Source: Eledone cirrhosa (lineage: Eukaryota). Taken from it: DNA of 64,000 nt. The stretch spans positions 70,494,001-70,558,000 of the forward strand of contig OZ024741.1 of NCBI GenBank assembly GCA_964016885.1, given 5' to 3'. Of the stretch, positions 1 to 12,725 are shown one piece after another (positions within the stretch are counted from its first letter, which is position 1; each line of letters starts with the position of its first letter). The notes under the pieces were generated by a model. It did not search any database, had not been told where the DNA came from, and worked only from the letters and a program-made list of their open reading frames with translations. The translations under genes and the position numbers were made by a program.

Positions 1-35
1 AAAAGAACATGTCTGTATAGTTTGGAATAGATCTG

Positions 36-90
<55 letters not shown>

Positions 91-796
91 AAATGTTTGG
101 TAATGATAAGACCTACCTTTGAAGTGTAAAGTTTAAGTGCAATAAAAGAAACCCACTTGGGCCGATCGGTCAATCTAATAAATTGGAGTGATCGAAGATA
201 TTTCAGCATTTGGTGATTGCAAGAACATAGTTGTGAGACGGGTAGAGCTGGAAGTCAAATAGACAGCAAATGTTCCAGTTGTTCGATCAACGGAATGGCT
301 TACTCTTGAAATTAACTTGCAAGTGGCTGAGCATTCCACAAACATGTGTACCGTTAACGAAATTCTCCTGGAAATCCATCATGACACAATATATGACGAG
401 GTGCACATCTTGAATTACAAGTTCAGTTCACCCGACGGTCTTCCAATTTCATTCATAAAACTTGGATCGATATATATCAAGGATATCATGCAATTTGATC
501 CAACCTGAGACTTTATGACCACATATGGAAATGTTAAAACATTCTGCCATGCCTGTGGCCACTCACTGGTCTCTATGATAACTGAAACGGCTGCCTTAAC
601 ATAGTTTGAATGTAATAAGAAGATTGTTATTTAAACTTAATTATCTTATCTGAAATCTAACACAAACACAGGACCAGCCAGCCACGCTGTCAGTCTGCTT
701 GACTACACCAAATCAACATTGTTAACACAGTCATTATTACTCTCCAACTTCCCTGACACAAACACCACACATATTCTACCAACAACACAAATAGTG

Positions 797-1080
797 TCAC
801 CACCACCACCACCATCACGACGACCACCACCACCATCACCACCACCACCACCACCACCATCACCACCACCACCATCACCACCACCACTACCATCACCACC
901 ACCACCACCACCACCACAACCACCACCACCACCACCACCACCACCACCACCACCACCACCACCACCACCACCACCACCATCACGACGACGACGACCACCA
1001 CCACCACCACCACCACCACCACCACCACCACCACCACCACCACCACCACCACCACCACTACCATCACCACCACCACCATC
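797..1080. repeat. (CCA)n trinucleotide microsatellite
   Basis: Near-pure ccaccacca tract; it explains the poly-Pro, poly-Val and poly-Gly ORFs. Confidence 0.95.
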
Positions 1081-1214
1081 ATTCCACAAACAGACATAAC
1101 TATAACAAGTATGAACCCCACTCTTACAATTATAAACACAACAAATCCCACCATTATCTGATATGGATGATGATGATGATGATGATAATGATAATGATGA
1201 TGATGATAATAATT

Positions 1215-1342
1215 ATTTCTTCTTTTGGCACAAGGCCAGCAATTACCCAGTGCATTACTGGTACTTTATTTTATCGACCCCGTAAGGATGAAAGGCAAAG
1301 TTAACGTCGGCGGGATTTGAACTCAGAATGGCAAGGGCCGTA
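1215..1342 (-). mobile_element. tRNA-derived SINE (abundant family), partial copy
   Basis: ggcacaaggccagcaattacccagtgcattactggtactttattttatcgaccccgtaaggatgaaaggcaaag...ggatttgaactcaga recurs throughout the window; its reverse complement contains a B-box-like gagttcaaatccc. Confidence 0.8.
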
Positions 1343-1925
1343 ATAATGATGATGATTATGATGATGATAATGATTATGATGATGATGATAACAATGATGA
1401 TGATGAATCTTCTGTTGGTTTCCACGATGAACATTCAGTTGTTGGATCATTTGAACGCCTTACTCGTAAATTAATATGTAACTGGTTGAGTATTCCACAG
1501 AGATTTGTACCCTTAATGTAATTCTCTACAAATAGTTGATTAGCCTGACTTGTAGGCTAAACACTCAGAAAATACCGTAAACCAACCGCTGACCTTGTTG
1601 TGCCTTGGAGAGAAAGTTTCCAGGTGAAAACCCATGGTCAGATTTAACCGAAGAAGGCTTTAAAATATACGTCTAAAATGAGAGGATGGTCATGTCTGGA
1701 ATGGCATTTTTCATTGATTTGGTCGATCAGGTCTGACCTAGGGCTAAAGAACAAAAATACCTAAGAAAAAAAATCAGTATCACCTTTGCAATTAAAACCA
1801 CTGCAACCACAATCAACACCATCATCAATACAATAACTTATACTATCACCACAGCGACAATTACCACCATTACTACCACCACCGATACTATTACCACCAA
1901 CACTACCACCACTATTAAACCCCAA

Positions 1926-1956
<31 letters not shown>

Positions 1957-2355
1957 TAAAGCATTCTCGCCTCTACCACCAATACAACCGTCACCTATTT
2001 CTTACCCCACAGCACCCTTCCTCAAGCCATACATACCTAAATATGTAAACCCATTACGTACTTGTCCACTTTGAAACCAGACGACAGAGAACAGAAGTCA
2101 GATTGTTCTCCCAGTTTAGTATACTATATGGCGATGAGCTTCGAATATTTCCGCCTGAGAAACGACCACTTGATTGACAGGCTTCTAGTCGTACTCACCG
2201 TACTCTATAATACTACAGAATTTGCCCTACTTACCATCAGGTTGCCCCCCACTCTCTCTCTCTTCTCACACACATACTCTTTTTCTCTCTCTCCCGCTTT
2301 CACCCTCCCTCTCACTGTATATATATATATATATATATATACTTTTACATAGTGA

Positions 2356-2431
<76 letters not shown>

Positions 2432-2451
2432 CGAATAAAAAGCAAGCAAAC

Positions 2452-2496
<45 letters not shown>

Positions 2497-2665
2497 ATAA
2501 AAAGCCAGCAAACCAATCAAAAAGGAGAAATAGTTGATTACAAGCCGGTAGAGAGAAGGTTAGTGTGTCGATGCGTATAGATTGCCAGACAAGCAAACCA
2601 AGCGAGTAAATAGAAAGGAAATATGTCTAGCAAAATTATTATAAGCAGAGCAAAAACCATATATA

Positions 2666-2700
<35 letters not shown>

Positions 2701-2704
<4 letters not shown>

Positions 2705-3202
2705 GAAGTTATATTTAATTTGTTGGGATTCCACCAAACTTAAAGGTTTATAACTGATATAGAGCACTCAACAGATACTGGAGTAAATATTCAATATATT
2801 AATAAATGGAAACTATATTTATAAAACCATAATTATTTTATTATATATATTTCAAGGGCAACCAAGGCAGTCTTGGTGCGCTTTCATCAGATAAAATACA
2901 AAATTTGTTTTATAAATAGTGACATAGCCATGGAAAACAACCTTGACGAATTTTCAACCGTCAAGGTTGTTTTCCATGGCTATGTCACTATTTATAAAAC
3001 AAATTTTGTATTTTATCTGATGAAAGCGCACCAAGACTGCCTTGGTTGCCCTTGAAATATATATAATAAAATAATTATGGTTTTATAAATATAGTTTCCA
3101 TTTATTAATATATTGAATATTTACTCCAGTATCTGTTGAGTGCTCTATATCAGTTATAAACCTTTAAGTTTGGTGGAATCCCAACAAATTAAATATAACT
3201 TC

Positions 3203-3206
<4 letters not shown>
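2701..3206. repeat. Long palindrome (248-bp arms, 10-nt spacer) between (TA)n tracts, carrying a hammerhead
   Basis: 2701-2948 is the reverse complement of 2959-3206; spacer is aattttcaac. Confidence 0.95.
3009..3073 (+). ncRNA. Type I hammerhead ribozyme (mirror copy on - strand at 2834-2898)
   Basis: tattttat-CTGATGA-aagcgcaccaagactgccttggttgccctt-GAAA-tatata-TA-ataaaata; stem I tattttat/ataaaata, stem II ccaag/cttgg, palindromic stem III. Confidence 0.8.
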
Positions 3207-3245
<39 letters not shown>

Positions 3246-3362
3246 GAGTGCTGTTCCTTTAGGTTTTCGCCTGTTAATCAAAGGGCCATCAGACAATGAA
3301 TATTAAATCTCTACTTCGGTATCGAGTACTCCTTTCTCTCAGACGCCAGCCACACATACACA

Positions 3363-3411
<49 letters not shown>

Positions 3412-3488
3412 ACACACACACACACACACAAGCATACGCACACACACACAAACACACACACACATACACACACACATACACACACAAG

Positions 3489-3519
<31 letters not shown>

Positions 3520-3593
3520 TGATCCCGAGTTGAGTCGGGGGTAACCACATATATAAGGTACTCAAAAACATACGCAGAGTGACGTCAGATGTT

Positions 3594-3713
3594 TATAGAG
3601 AAAAGGCCTCTAAAAGGACTAGAACTGTTTCATTCATTTGAAATCATCAGGACATCCCTGATGATTTCATACGAATGAAACAGTTCTAGTCCTGTAGAAG
3701 CCTTTTCTATATA
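3594..3713. repeat. Imperfect palindrome with degenerate hammerhead core; same family as 39900-40055 and 42940-43030
   Basis: aggactagaactgtttcattc...CTGATGA tttcatacgaat GAAA cagttctagtcct. Confidence 0.6.
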
Positions 3714-3972
3714 ACCCCCGCTCGCTCTCTCTCTCATATATATATATATGGAACAGTGGTCTTTCCGCTCAACTGGGGGAGTGTCTATGCTAGCAGTGCA
3801 AGAGTATTTTGTGAATTCTAATATATTCCATATAAATGACGAACTCCACTCAGTGGATTTTTGCACGTAACATGATTTATTTCAATGTCACTTGTTACAC
3901 ATTTCAAGGATATCGTTATTTGGTATCTTGTCTTCCCATAAAATGTTATATATACATATATATATATAACAG

Positions 3973-4058
<86 letters not shown>

Positions 4059-4149
4059 ATAAACTAATAAACTAATAAACTAACACGGCTCAGAAATATT
4101 TCCTTCTTCGAGCTAATTCCATTGTAAAAGAATTCATTACACTTAATAA

Positions 4150-4198
<49 letters not shown>

Positions 4199-5229
4199 CA
4201 GTCGATCAACAAGATCCCAGACTTCATCGCTTAACGAGTGGGGTGGAACTCGTCAAATCGGAACGAGGAAACAATGTTTCCATTGGTTTTTACAATTGCT
4301 AATGTGCTATCTACCAGTCGCAAATCCTCCAAACAGAAGGAGCAACATGAAATAAATTGTCTTGCTCGAGGACATAATGCATTACCCGGTCTGGGTATTG
4401 AACTCATAACCTCACGATTGAGAATCCAATTCTCTAACCAAGTTATATATTGAACACAAATATCTCATGTAAAATGCATCAAGAGAGTTGATTTGATTCT
4501 TGTGTAATGTCCACGTTTCACATCCAAACATCATGTTGGAGTAGTTACATACGATAAACATGAATGTTTGTTTTTAGTGAAATATGATCTTTCCAGAAAC
4601 GCTAAGATAATTTTCCGAAGAAAATGCAGACTTTTCTAATAGGCTGAATGATTTGGATATCAATTTTCGAATTTGAAGTTAATATATAACAAAAGAAGCA
4701 AAATTAAACAACGGCCCTGGTTGGTTTATTATTTTTATTATAAAAGTTGAATATAATGTATTTAGTTTTGGCTGTTGAATAGGTTTAGTTTTTGTAAGGC
4801 TAATTGAAAATCTATTCACAAGATGTTTAATCTCTTCCGAAGAATGAGCAACAAGCATATAATTATCTGTAAAAAGTTTTAAACCATGCATTGAACCATC
4901 GTATATTGAATAGATCTGCACTGGTGCTAAACTGGACATTTACAGCATCTATCACCAAATAAGATAGATCATACTTTGAGAAGTAATATTTCGCACTGTG
5001 TTTAAATCCAACACCCCACTGAGATCAACTTTGCCTTTCATCCTCCTGGGGCTGTTCGGATCTAGCTACCGAAACAGCTGGAGCTCAGCCGTCGGGGTCC
5101 TGAATCTTTATATATATATGAAGAAAATGAATGGCTAAATTGACATCGGCGTGATTTGAACTCAGAATGTGAAATGCAGCAACAAATATTGCGAAGTATT
5201 TTGTGCCGCACTATAACAGACGGCCTACC

Positions 5230-5775
5230 CCATACACTCACACACACAGACACATAGACAAACAGACACATAGACACACAGACACATAAACACACAGACA
5301 CATAGACACACAGACCTACATACATACATACATACATACACAAACGTACACACACACACATAAATAGACACACTGACACATAGACACACAGACACATAGA
5401 CACACACATACACTCACACACACAGACACATAGACAAACAGACACATAGACACAGACACATAGACACATAAACACACAGACACATAGACACACAGACCTA
5501 CATACATACACACAACATACACAAACGTACACGTACACACATACATACATACATACATACATACATACATACATACATACATACATGCATACGTACATAC
5601 ATACGTACATACATACATACATACATACATACATACATACATACATACATACATACATACATGCATACGTACATACATACGTACATACATACGTACATAC
5701 ATACATACATACATACATACATACATACATACATACATACATACATACATACATACATACATACATACATACATG
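5230..5775. repeat. Compound (CA)n/(CAGA)n/(TACA)n microsatellite
   Basis: Direct inspection. Confidence 0.9.
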
Positions 5776-6708
5776 ATGATGGCTGCCCCCTCGTTATCGA
5801 GTATGGCCATTGCACGATATACCATTATTAATAATTATTAATTAATTCTATCGTGCAATGTCTGTGCGTGAATATATTTTTTAAAGTGAGGAAAGACTGC
5901 ACTGAGCCAATCCCACTCTCTGAGCGACAGTAGCTATAACCCGAAAAGAAGAAAAGATAAACATCATCGGTAGCTACTGAGCTGCAGGTTTTATATCGGA
6001 GCTATCCCAGTTTCCTGAGTTGCCTTCTCCTAGAAGAATGCCCTGACAAAGGCTAGGGGTCCTTCACTCCCAGTGGTTTAACCGCGCGATCGGGTGTCCA
6101 GCCCGACTATTTCTATGTCCCCGCGCATATACATACACATGCACCCATGCACCCATGCATATACACATACACATACATATGTACATGTGTATATACATAT
6201 TTAGACACTTTGGGATGGCCGTTGACTCTTATGAGTTCTTCACATACATACAGATAGACAGACATATATGGGTAAATAAAGAGTTTAAATAGAAAGATAT
6301 ATAGAACTATAGTGAGAGAGATAGAGAGAGAAAAAATGTATAAGAGCCTTCTCGTTGGGCGGGTTGGGAGGACGGGGGAGAGGTAGGTTGACGTAAAACT
6401 TGCGGCTCCTAATTTGGCGCTTCAAAAGAAGAAAAAGAAGAAGAGTTTATTGTACATTTTACTACTTCCCTCCCACTACATTTGTTTTCCTTCTTCGTTA
6501 TAGTAAAGTAAGCTCCTGCTGTAAAAGTAAGGTGGACAGTAAGTAGACTCGTCCAATCAGCCACCAGTAACACTTAAAGTATTGCTAGAGCAGTGAGTGT
6601 AACATTCTAAAGTAGTATCTCTCCCCTCGTAAACTAAAAATCCACTTCAGCTACTGCCAAAAAAAAAAAAATCGCCTAACAAATATATATGTGGAGGAGG
6701 GGATAGTA

Positions 6709-7137
6709 ATGGCAAGGCCAAAAGGTAAATGCTCCCTACGGAATATCGATATTCAGGTGACATTAACTAATGTCATTTTTATGCTACTGACCGGCTTGGC
6801 TTGTTTTATCGATGGCCAGGTATTACAACCACCTTATTTAAATTTGGCTGAAAGAAAAACGGTGCAAGCTTCTTCCACATGCGGAGATGGCGACAATATA
6901 CCCGAAATGTATTGCCGTTTGACCGGAGTTACACCTATTAATCATGACAACTTGGTTATCCAGCCCCACACCGAAATTCAAGCCGGACAATTTTGCGAAT
7001 ATTGTGATTCAGCCATTAAAGGAGAGTCCCACCCGGCTAAATATGCTGTAGACGGCACTGAAAACTGGTGGCAGAGTCCACCCTTGTCCAGGGGTATTGA
7101 ATACAATCAAGTCAACTTTACCGTAGATTTGGGTCAG
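6709..7137 (+). CDS. LanA: Laminin subunit alpha (alpha-3/5, LanA-like), first coding exon: signal peptide and start of the laminin N-terminal (LN) domain
   Basis: ATG at 6709; hydrophobic signal-like segment, then LQPPYLNLAE...ASSTCG...MYCRLTG...GQFCEYC...HPAKYAVDGTENWWQSPPLSRGIEYNQVNFTVDLGQ, matching the LAMA5/LAMA3/LanA LN domain as I recall it; ends at a phase-0 donor CAG|GTGAGA (GT at 7138). Confidence 0.92.
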
Positions 7138-7674
7138 GTGAGATAATTTTAATACTTTTATTTTAGTGTGTGTGTGTGTGTGTTTACATATGTATGTGTT
7201 GTATTTAATGAATGTAAAAGGTACACCTTATTAATTTTATACTTTTATGTGTATGCATATATGCAATGTACGCATATATTATATATGTATGCATGCTTGC
7301 ATGTACGTATGTATGTATATATGTATGTACGTATGCATGTACGTATGTGTGTGTATATATATGTACGTATGCATGTATGTATGTATGTATGCATGTATGT
7401 ATGTATGTATGCATGTATGTATGTATGTATGTATGTATGCATGTATGTATATATATATGTATGTACGTATGTATGTATATGTACGTATGTATGTGTGTGT
7501 ATGTACGTATGTGTGTATGTATTTATATATGTATGTACGTATGTGTGTGTTTGTATACACACCTACACACCCATGATTATGTATCTGTGTAACAATCATA
7601 TACAGTTAAATACATTTGTCTGTCTGTTTGCCCACATGTTTACGTATCTGATCCCTTTTGTGGATGCAACTATT

Positions 7675-7761
<87 letters not shown>

Positions 7762-8042
7762 ACACACCCACACACACACACACACACACCCACACCCACA
7801 CGAGTGTGTGTATATGTAAATATCTATATTCATGCATTTAATTACGTCGATATATAAATATATATAAATGATTATATAACTTTATATATATATATGTGTG
7901 TGTGTGTCTGTGTGTGTCTATCTGTGTGTGTATAGTATATATATATATATATATGGATTATGATCATATAAATGATTATATGTATATAGATATTGGTATA
8001 CATGTATATAATTGCATATTTGTGTGTGTATGTACATATATG

Positions 8043-8084
<42 letters not shown>

Positions 8085-8085
8085 T

Positions 8086-8134
8086 GTTTCAGAAGATCCC
8101 GTTAAGGGTGAAAGCAGCGATTCTTTGCTTAAAC
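8086..8134 (+). ncRNA. Hammerhead-like motif with variant core CAGAAGA (second copy at 20714-20761)
   Basis: gttt-CAGAAGA-tcccgttaagggt-GAAA-gcagcgattctttgc-TT-aaac; stems I, II and III can all pair. Confidence 0.55.
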
Positions 8135-8307
8135 TTTAATCTGTTATTTTAATAAATATTTGCTCTATGGTTCTTATATATTTGATATATATTTATCCTT
8201 ATCGAGCCCTCTTTGGATTTTAGTCTTCACATTTATTATTATTACTGTATATACATTTGTGTTTATATATATTTGCATATATATATATATATTTCTACAC
8301 ACAGATA

Positions 8308-8366
<59 letters not shown>

Positions 8367-8444
8367 AAGAGAGAGAGGTAGTACACAGGAAGGTAATATC
8401 CGTAGTGGTAGAGCACTCAGTTTATGGGACGAGTTTGGTAGAAA

Positions 8445-8576
8445 TAGTAACAACAGTTAGTTCACCATAGCGAGAACATTTGTTTCACCTTAGCGGATCC
8501 TCATCTCGATTACGAGCTGAGGATCCGCTAAGGTGAAACAATTGTTCTCGGTATGGTGAACTAACTGTTGTTACTA
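8445..8576. repeat. Palindrome containing a hammerhead
   Basis: tagtaacaacagttagttcaccat... pairs with ...atggtgaactaactgttgttacta. Confidence 0.9.
8513..8550 (+). ncRNA. Minimal type I hammerhead ribozyme
   Basis: cgag-CTGAGGA-tccgctaaggt-GAAA-caattg-TT-ctcg; stem I cgag/ctcg, palindromic stem III aacaattgtt, weak stem II. Confidence 0.7.
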
Positions 8577-8789
8577 CTTGTATATATATATATATTTGTA
8601 TACAAGATATCCGTAGATAAAAGGTCAAGGAAAATACTGCTCAATCTATTACAAGAGAGCTTATTTAGTATACTTTGATACGTTTCATACACTGAATATA
8701 CATACGGTTTCATGGTTCAGCTATGGCAACCACAGTATAGTGGTGGAATCTGTTCAATACTGGCTCCTCATCAGGTGCTATTTTGGCAA

Positions 8790-8995
8790 TATTAGTAGAG
8801 GATCGGACGCCACGCTTTGCCACACAGAGTTACGGCCCTTTATGATCTGAGTTCAAATCCCGTCGAGGTTAACTTTACCTTTTATCCTTACAGGGTCGAT
8901 AAAATAAAGTATCAGTCACGCACTGTGGTCGATTTAATCGACTTTCACCTCCCCCAAAATTGCTGGCCTTGTGCCTATATAAGAAACCATTATTA
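8790..8995 (+). mobile_element. tRNA-derived SINE
   Basis: gagttcaaatccc B-box followed by the family core and ...gctggccttgtgcct tail. Confidence 0.8.
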
Positions 8996-9101
8996 GAGAC
9001 CAGAATTGAAGCGACTCTTCCGTTATACAGTGGTAGTCATAACTAAACCTCGAAACCTGAGGTCGCGCATATATATTTAGTATATGAAACTTTAAGTATA
9101 T

Positions 9102-9150
9102 ATAAGTATGTATACGTACATACATATATGTATACAGACGTACAGTAGTA

Positions 9151-9236
<86 letters not shown>

Positions 9237-9750
9237 CATGCACACATATATATATGTACGTATGGATTCACCGAACATTTATTATAATGCTCGGTGTGTT
9301 TGTAAACAAACATCCCGAATTAAGCCGTACAGTGTCTAGCAACCATCGTTGCTCGTTTGTTCAACACTGACAACTAGTGTCAAGCTTATTAGCTATCGTC
9401 AGCAACGTATACCTTCCTTCCAGATTATTGAACGTATATACTTTCCTTATGCATATTAACGGCTGAGCAGCCTAATTTGCATATCGAGTGAGTTAATCGG
9501 CCGGGGTACCGAAAACGATAAACGGAAAAAATGAAACGAAATTTCATTTCTCACTCTTAGTACGGCTGTTACTTAAATATAAGTATGTATACATACATAC
9601 ATATATGTATACAGACGTACAGTAGTATGCATATATATATATATATATACATACATGCACACACATATATATGTATGTATGGATTCTCCGAACATTTATT
9701 ATAATGCTCGGTGTGTTTGTAAACAAACATCCCGAATTAAGCCGTACAAT
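9102..9750 (-). mobile_element. Diverged ~1.4-mer of the 472-bp retrozyme family
   Basis: Reverse-complement similarity to the array monomer (gtatacagacgtacagtag, ttataat..tgtttgtaaacaaac, agcagcctaatttgcatat, atttcatttctcactcttagta); period ~478; hammerhead remnant ctgacga-tagctaataagctt-gaca-ctag on - strand at ~9373-9408. Confidence 0.85.
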
Positions 9751-9860
9751 GTATATATATATATAACCAAAAGTTTAACAAGGTTCATTGATTAATCAAT
9801 GAATAAAGTTTTACAATAGATTAGAAGCACTCCAGAAAGAGGTTTCCTGGAGTTATTAAT

Positions 9861-10141
9861 ATTACTTCAAAATATTAATAAATATAGACATTCATGTGAT
9901 CAAATATATTTTATTATATATATATTTCAGAGGTGCTGAGCTATTTCATCAGTTCAATTCCAGTCTTGGCAGTACTGCCAAGACTGGAATTGAACCATCA
10001 GCACAGTTGAGGTATCTCAGACATCAATTTATTTTATCTGATGAGGACGTACTGATGAAATAGCTCACTACCTCTGAAATATGTATAATAAAATATATTT
10101 GAACACATGAATGTCTATATTTATTAATATTTTGAAGTAAT
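9861..10141. repeat. Nested inverted repeat (outer arms ~9861-9953 and 10050-10141; inner hairpin ~9952-9995)
   Basis: attacttcaaaatattaataaatatagacattcatgtg pairs with cacatgaatgtctatatttattaatattttgaagtaat; inner gttcaattccagtcttggcagtactgccaagactggaattgaac. Confidence 0.85.
10030..10095 (+). ncRNA. Type I hammerhead-like motif related to 3009-3073
   Basis: tattttat-CTGATGA-ggacgtactgatgaaatagctcactacctct-GAAA-tatgta-TA-ataaaata; stem II pairs poorly. Confidence 0.55.
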
Positions 10142-10540
10142 ATATATACACCACACAGTCTGTTTGCTTTTTACGTGAAGATGTGTTTGTGAACGCAGCA
10201 AATTCGTGTAATTCAAGTATTATATTTCTGATAAATAAATAAAAATAAAATGAAAAACCACATAAATTAATAGATAGATAAATAGATATATGTGTGTGTG
10301 TAAGAAGTAAAAGTGAAAAGCCACATGGGTATTTTAAAGATTATTTTTTCATTAACCCGATAGGATAAGTATTTTTATTATTGTTATGTTAAATGAATTT
10401 AAGTTTTGTCAAATGTTACCGGTTTCGATTAGTATGTCAATCTTATCAAAAAATATAAATGTTTGTTCTCATATTCTGTGGGTAGTTAGATCTCTTTTTA
10501 CCTATATTCTTCAATTTGTATGGAACCTTATCTCCTTTTC

Positions 10541-10621
<81 letters not shown>

Positions 10622-10804
10622 TTAGAAAGTGAACAACACAATATATAGCTACTCCATTACCAAAGGTTTCAGGACTCTGTAGTAGTTATATATTGTGATC
10701 TTCACTTTCTAATTAAATAGCTCTGTATTATACATAGAGCATTCTATTTTCCTTTGTTTTTCTTCAGAAATACTTAACACACACACACACACAGATATAT
10801 ATAT

Positions 10805-10988
10805 AATTGTTTCTACTTTTTGGCACAAGGCCAGCAATTACCCAGTGCATTACTGGTACTTTATTTTATCGACTCCGTAAGGATGAAAGGCAAAGTTAAT
10901 CTCGGCGAGATTTGAACTCAGAATGGCAAGGGCCGTAACTCTATGCGTCAAAGCATGGCGTCCGACCCTCTACCGATACTGCCAATCA
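10805..10988 (-). mobile_element. tRNA-derived SINE
   Basis: Near full-length copy of the abundant family. Confidence 0.8.
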
Positions 10989-11356
10989 ATAAATGTAATC
11001 CGAGTTTTTCGAATATTAATAATAATATTCGATTCGTTTGCAATTATACAAACAGCCTCTTTTTAAGCCATATTATTAAAAGAGCAATAATTGTTTCTAC
11101 TATTGGCACAAGGCCAGCAATTACCCAGTACATTACTGGTACTTTATTTTATCGACCCCCGTAAGGATGAAAGGCAAAGTTAAGAGCAATAATGACAGGG
11201 TCTTTCTACTGACATGGCTTTAAAAGAGGCTGTTTGCATAATTGCAAACGAATCGAATATTATTATTAATATTCGAAAAACTCGGATTACATTTATTGTA
11301 TTCAGCCATGTAGAGCGATAAACTATTTGTTATATATATAAACTATTTGTTATATG

Positions 11357-11408
<52 letters not shown>

Positions 11409-11754
11409 TACCCTCGGCATTCGCTGTCCCGGTTATTCGAGGAATTTTCTGTAGAACCTAACTAATAATTGGTCGTGGAAAACACCACATATTCGCGGAA
11501 TCGTAAATGTCTTCCGCGATTTTTTATGGCTTTTTTGTGGCAATATATATATTTTCACGCTTTTTAACGCTAAATTATTAATAACAAACAATATACCGTA
11601 TTTGCCGGCCTATATTTTACGTTATGTTTTGACGTTTATAGGAATTTTTATTGACCACGTCCAATATTCGCGGTTTTTCACTCTTCTTGGATGCTCTAGG
11701 AACGTATTTCCAGGGAACAACTAATATTAGTATAATTAATACATATATATATAC

Positions 11755-12080
11755 AGGGTGCGGACGATATTTGTTCGTAAGATTACTGTCTAGGAAAAAA
11801 TAACACAGTAGTTTTATTTTTTAAGATATATTTATCAAACTTGGGTCAGTTTGTCTTCATGACTTATTCTTTCGATCTCAATCGATAAACCCGCCATTGG
11901 CTTTGATGACGGCCTCAAGGTGGCCTCGGAACCGGCTACAAGCCTTCGTCACTGTCCCCCGACTTAGGCCCCTAAAGGCACTTGTGATCCTGGCCTTCAG
12001 ATCGTCTTTCGTATTGCAGCTAGATCTGTTGGTGTCTCGTTCCACTGCACCCCACATAAAGAAGTCAAGGGGGTTGCATA
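11755..12080 (-). mobile_element. Tc1/mariner-superfamily transposon 3' fragment
   Basis: ORF 11878-12123(-) NPLDFFMWGAVE...LKARI...KACSRFRGHLEAVIKANGGFI resembles the transposase C-terminus after SPDLNP; terminal ta|cagggtg at 11755 is TIR-like. Confidence 0.75.
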
Positions 12081-12398
12081 TATCAGTATAGTTAATATGA
12101 AGCATTGTGCGATATATAATCAATGACTGATAAGGTTCAGAAAGCCGCTACGATGCGGTAGATATATATGAAGGGAAATTAATTACAAATAAAACATACC
12201 TAATATATTTCCACATAATATTTCTGAGCTATATCTGCTTTTGTCAAATGTAAAATAGAAAATGGTTCAAAACAAAACGGTTAAGAAAAACAAACATTAA
12301 TTTGTTTTGTTTTATTTGTCATCCTTTGCCCTTTATATATTTCTACCACATTGTACCGGCTTTTTGAAGAAACTTATAGGTCATTTATTACATACACA

Positions 12399-12477
<79 letters not shown>

Positions 12478-12682
12478 ATATATATATGTATATATAGATA
12501 GGTATATATATATATATATATAAATAGGTAAATATATATATATATAAATAGGTAAATATATATATATATATATATAGATCGATAGGTAAATATATATATA
12601 TACACATAACACACACACAAAAACAAGATGGCGTAGGACAGAACAAAGGAGAGGCACAAAAAAACAAAGAAAAGAATCCCCA

Positions 12683-12725
12683 GTCACTGAAGAGGTCACA
12701 GAATGTGTGACGAAAGAACTTTGAC
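12683..12725 (+). ncRNA. Minimal type I hammerhead in the 5' Penelope terminal repeat
   Basis: gtca-CTGAAGA-g-gtcaca gaatg tgtgac-GAAA-gaac-TT-tgac; stem I gtca/tgac. Confidence 0.75.

Noticed and set aside
690-1154. Poly-Pro, poly-Gly and poly-Val ORFs (formin- or extensin-like)
   Set aside because: They are translations of a (CCA)n microsatellite with no flanking domain or splice support
6553-6558. CCAAT box upstream of the laminin ATG
   Set aside because: A short motif expected by chance, and the transcription start is unknown
6691-6708. ORF-track start at GTG 6691 and read-through to 7146
   Set aside because: Eukaryotic gene: the first ATG is at 6709 and a splice donor at 7138 ends the exon
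8675-8778. Minus-strand CTGATGA...GAAA-cgta-TC as a long hammerhead
   Set aside because: I could not find convincing stem I pairing
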